Below, in pieces: positions 63,093-64,000 of a stretch of DNA of 64,000 bases; within the stretch, counting starts at the first letter, position 1; each line of letters starts with the position of its first letter. The translations under genes were made by a program, and so were the position numbers. The notes under the pieces were generated by a model, which did not search any database, was not told where the DNA came from, and saw only the letters and a list, made by a program, of their open reading frames with translations. This stretch comes from Methanobacteriota archaeon. GTDB taxonomy: Archaea; Thermoplasmatota; Poseidoniia; Poseidoniales; Poseidoniaceae. The stretch covers positions 933,900 through 997,899 of the forward strand of contig JAYQHX010000002.1 of the NCBI GenBank assembly GCA_038141355.1, in the 5' to 3' direction.

Positions 63093-64000
63093 CTACTCCT
63101 CAAATGCATTACAGAGTTGTCCTTGTGTTGGGAAACTGTTAATGTCACGAGGATTGGTGTCCCACTTGTACTCACAATAGTTGATGTGACCGTCACCATC
63201 TGTATCGACCATTCTGTCAGCGGAATCATATGGGTCGAAATTGAAGTAATATTCCCAACCTGTGGCCATTCCATCCTCATCGTGGTCTTGATAGTAAACT
63301 TCTGGGCCATCATTCCAGTCGTCACCGTCTGTGTCGTTCTTAACCGGATTTGTACCATTAACAAATTCTTCATAACTAGTGTAATTTTCTAAGTTATCAT
63401 AGAATGCTTTACCATCAGGCGTATCAGGATTAATGTGGCAATTACTAGATGATGGATCATCATAAGAAGGACAATATTTAGCAATCAAACCAGAGCGATT
63501 CAAACCATCATTATCTGGGTCTTCCATTCCATCATCTATACCATCACCATCAGAGTCTTTCAACGATGGGTCCATGATACCACGAGCCCCGCTTGCTCCG
63601 CCTGTTGTATTGTCATATAGACCTAAGTTGAGTGCCTGTTCGGAGTATTTAACCTCCCATCCATCAGGTAGCAAATCGCCATCTGTATCATCATCTACGG
63701 GATTAGTATTCCATCTATCTGGAGCTTCTGCACCATTTGCTAGAGTGTCGTTATCAATATCATAAGTATCATCTTTCAACGAATTTTCTGATGGGTCTAA
63801 GGCCCATCTGCCATTACATCCCCCACATAGTGGATTTGATGGTACAATGAAATTAGTCAAATTCATCTCATGTACTTCATATTTCTTCTCAAGGATAAAT
63901 CCACCAAGCCAATTCTTCCACATGTAGCCACCTGATTCTAAACCACATTCGACCATTGAGTCACAACCTGGTGGAAGCCACAAATCTGTAGCAACCCACA
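63093..64000 (-). CDS. C-terminal part of a large secreted protein with Ca-binding DxDxDG / TNP..DTDGD repeats
   Basis: TNPVDDDTDGDLLPDGWE, DSDGDGIDDG, TNPVKNDTDGD; ORF open to the window edge. Confidence 0.8.
   Translation of the reverse strand, partial: WVATDLWLPPGCDSMVECGLESGGYMWKNWLGGFILEKKYEVHEMNLTNFIVPSNPLCGGCNGRWALDPSENSLKDDTYDIDNDTLANGAEAPDRWNTNPVDDDTDGDLLPDGWEVKYSEQALNLGLYDNTTGGASGARGIMDPSLKDSDGDGIDDGMEDPDNDGLNRSGLIAKYCPSYDDPSSSNCHINPDTPDGKAFYDNLENYTSYEEFVNGTNPVKNDTDGDDWNDGPEVYYQDHDEDGMATGWEYYFNFDPYDSADRMVDTDGDGHINYCEYKWDTNPRDINSFPTQGQLCNAFEE

Noticed and set aside
79..63765. Numerous 60-230 aa antisense or overlapping ORFs in the track (e.g. 18791-19480, 53064-53774, 14914-15381)
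   Set aside because: They are shadows of well-supported genes on the opposite strand, Ser/Ile/Phe-rich and without recognisable motifs.

Overview
64 kb of AT-rich archaeal chromosome. Archaeal r-proteins S19e/L39e/L31e/S17e, Kae1, EndA, archease and a 7S SRP RNA occur alongside bacterial-type FolE, PntAB, topoisomerase III and MqnC and many large secreted repeat proteins. This mix is most consistent with Marine Group II Euryarchaeota (Poseidoniales, Thermoplasmatota); that assignment is inference from gene content. The window is mostly core and catabolic genes: histidine utilisation (hutU/H/I), methylmalonyl-CoA mutase/epimerase, a preQ0 operon, Fe-S assembly, mdh/transhydrogenase and peptidases. 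It also holds tRNA-Val(GAC) and SRP RNA. About 20 single-base frameshifts, many at homopolymers and in conserved genes, point to uncorrected long-read errors rather than pseudogenes. No integrase, transposase or CRISPR array was seen. Most notable: (1) a QueC lacking all four Zn-binding cysteines and fused in frame to MsrB, in an RHH-folE-queE-queC/msrB-queD operon; (2) a symmetric 11-6-11 dif-like site at 11671-11698; (3) a TTACT-N2-AGTAA palindrome found upstream of both the preQ0 operon and topB; (4) a TatC-like protein with a Cys-rich HdrA-like C-terminal domain; (5) a Zn-ribbon/EF-hand/2-TM acidic protein; (6) an endA / wHTH-TerB / HldE-like kinase / archease cluster; (7) a lipoprotein PNGase F-like enzyme. 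All family calls are from motif recognition; no database searches were run.
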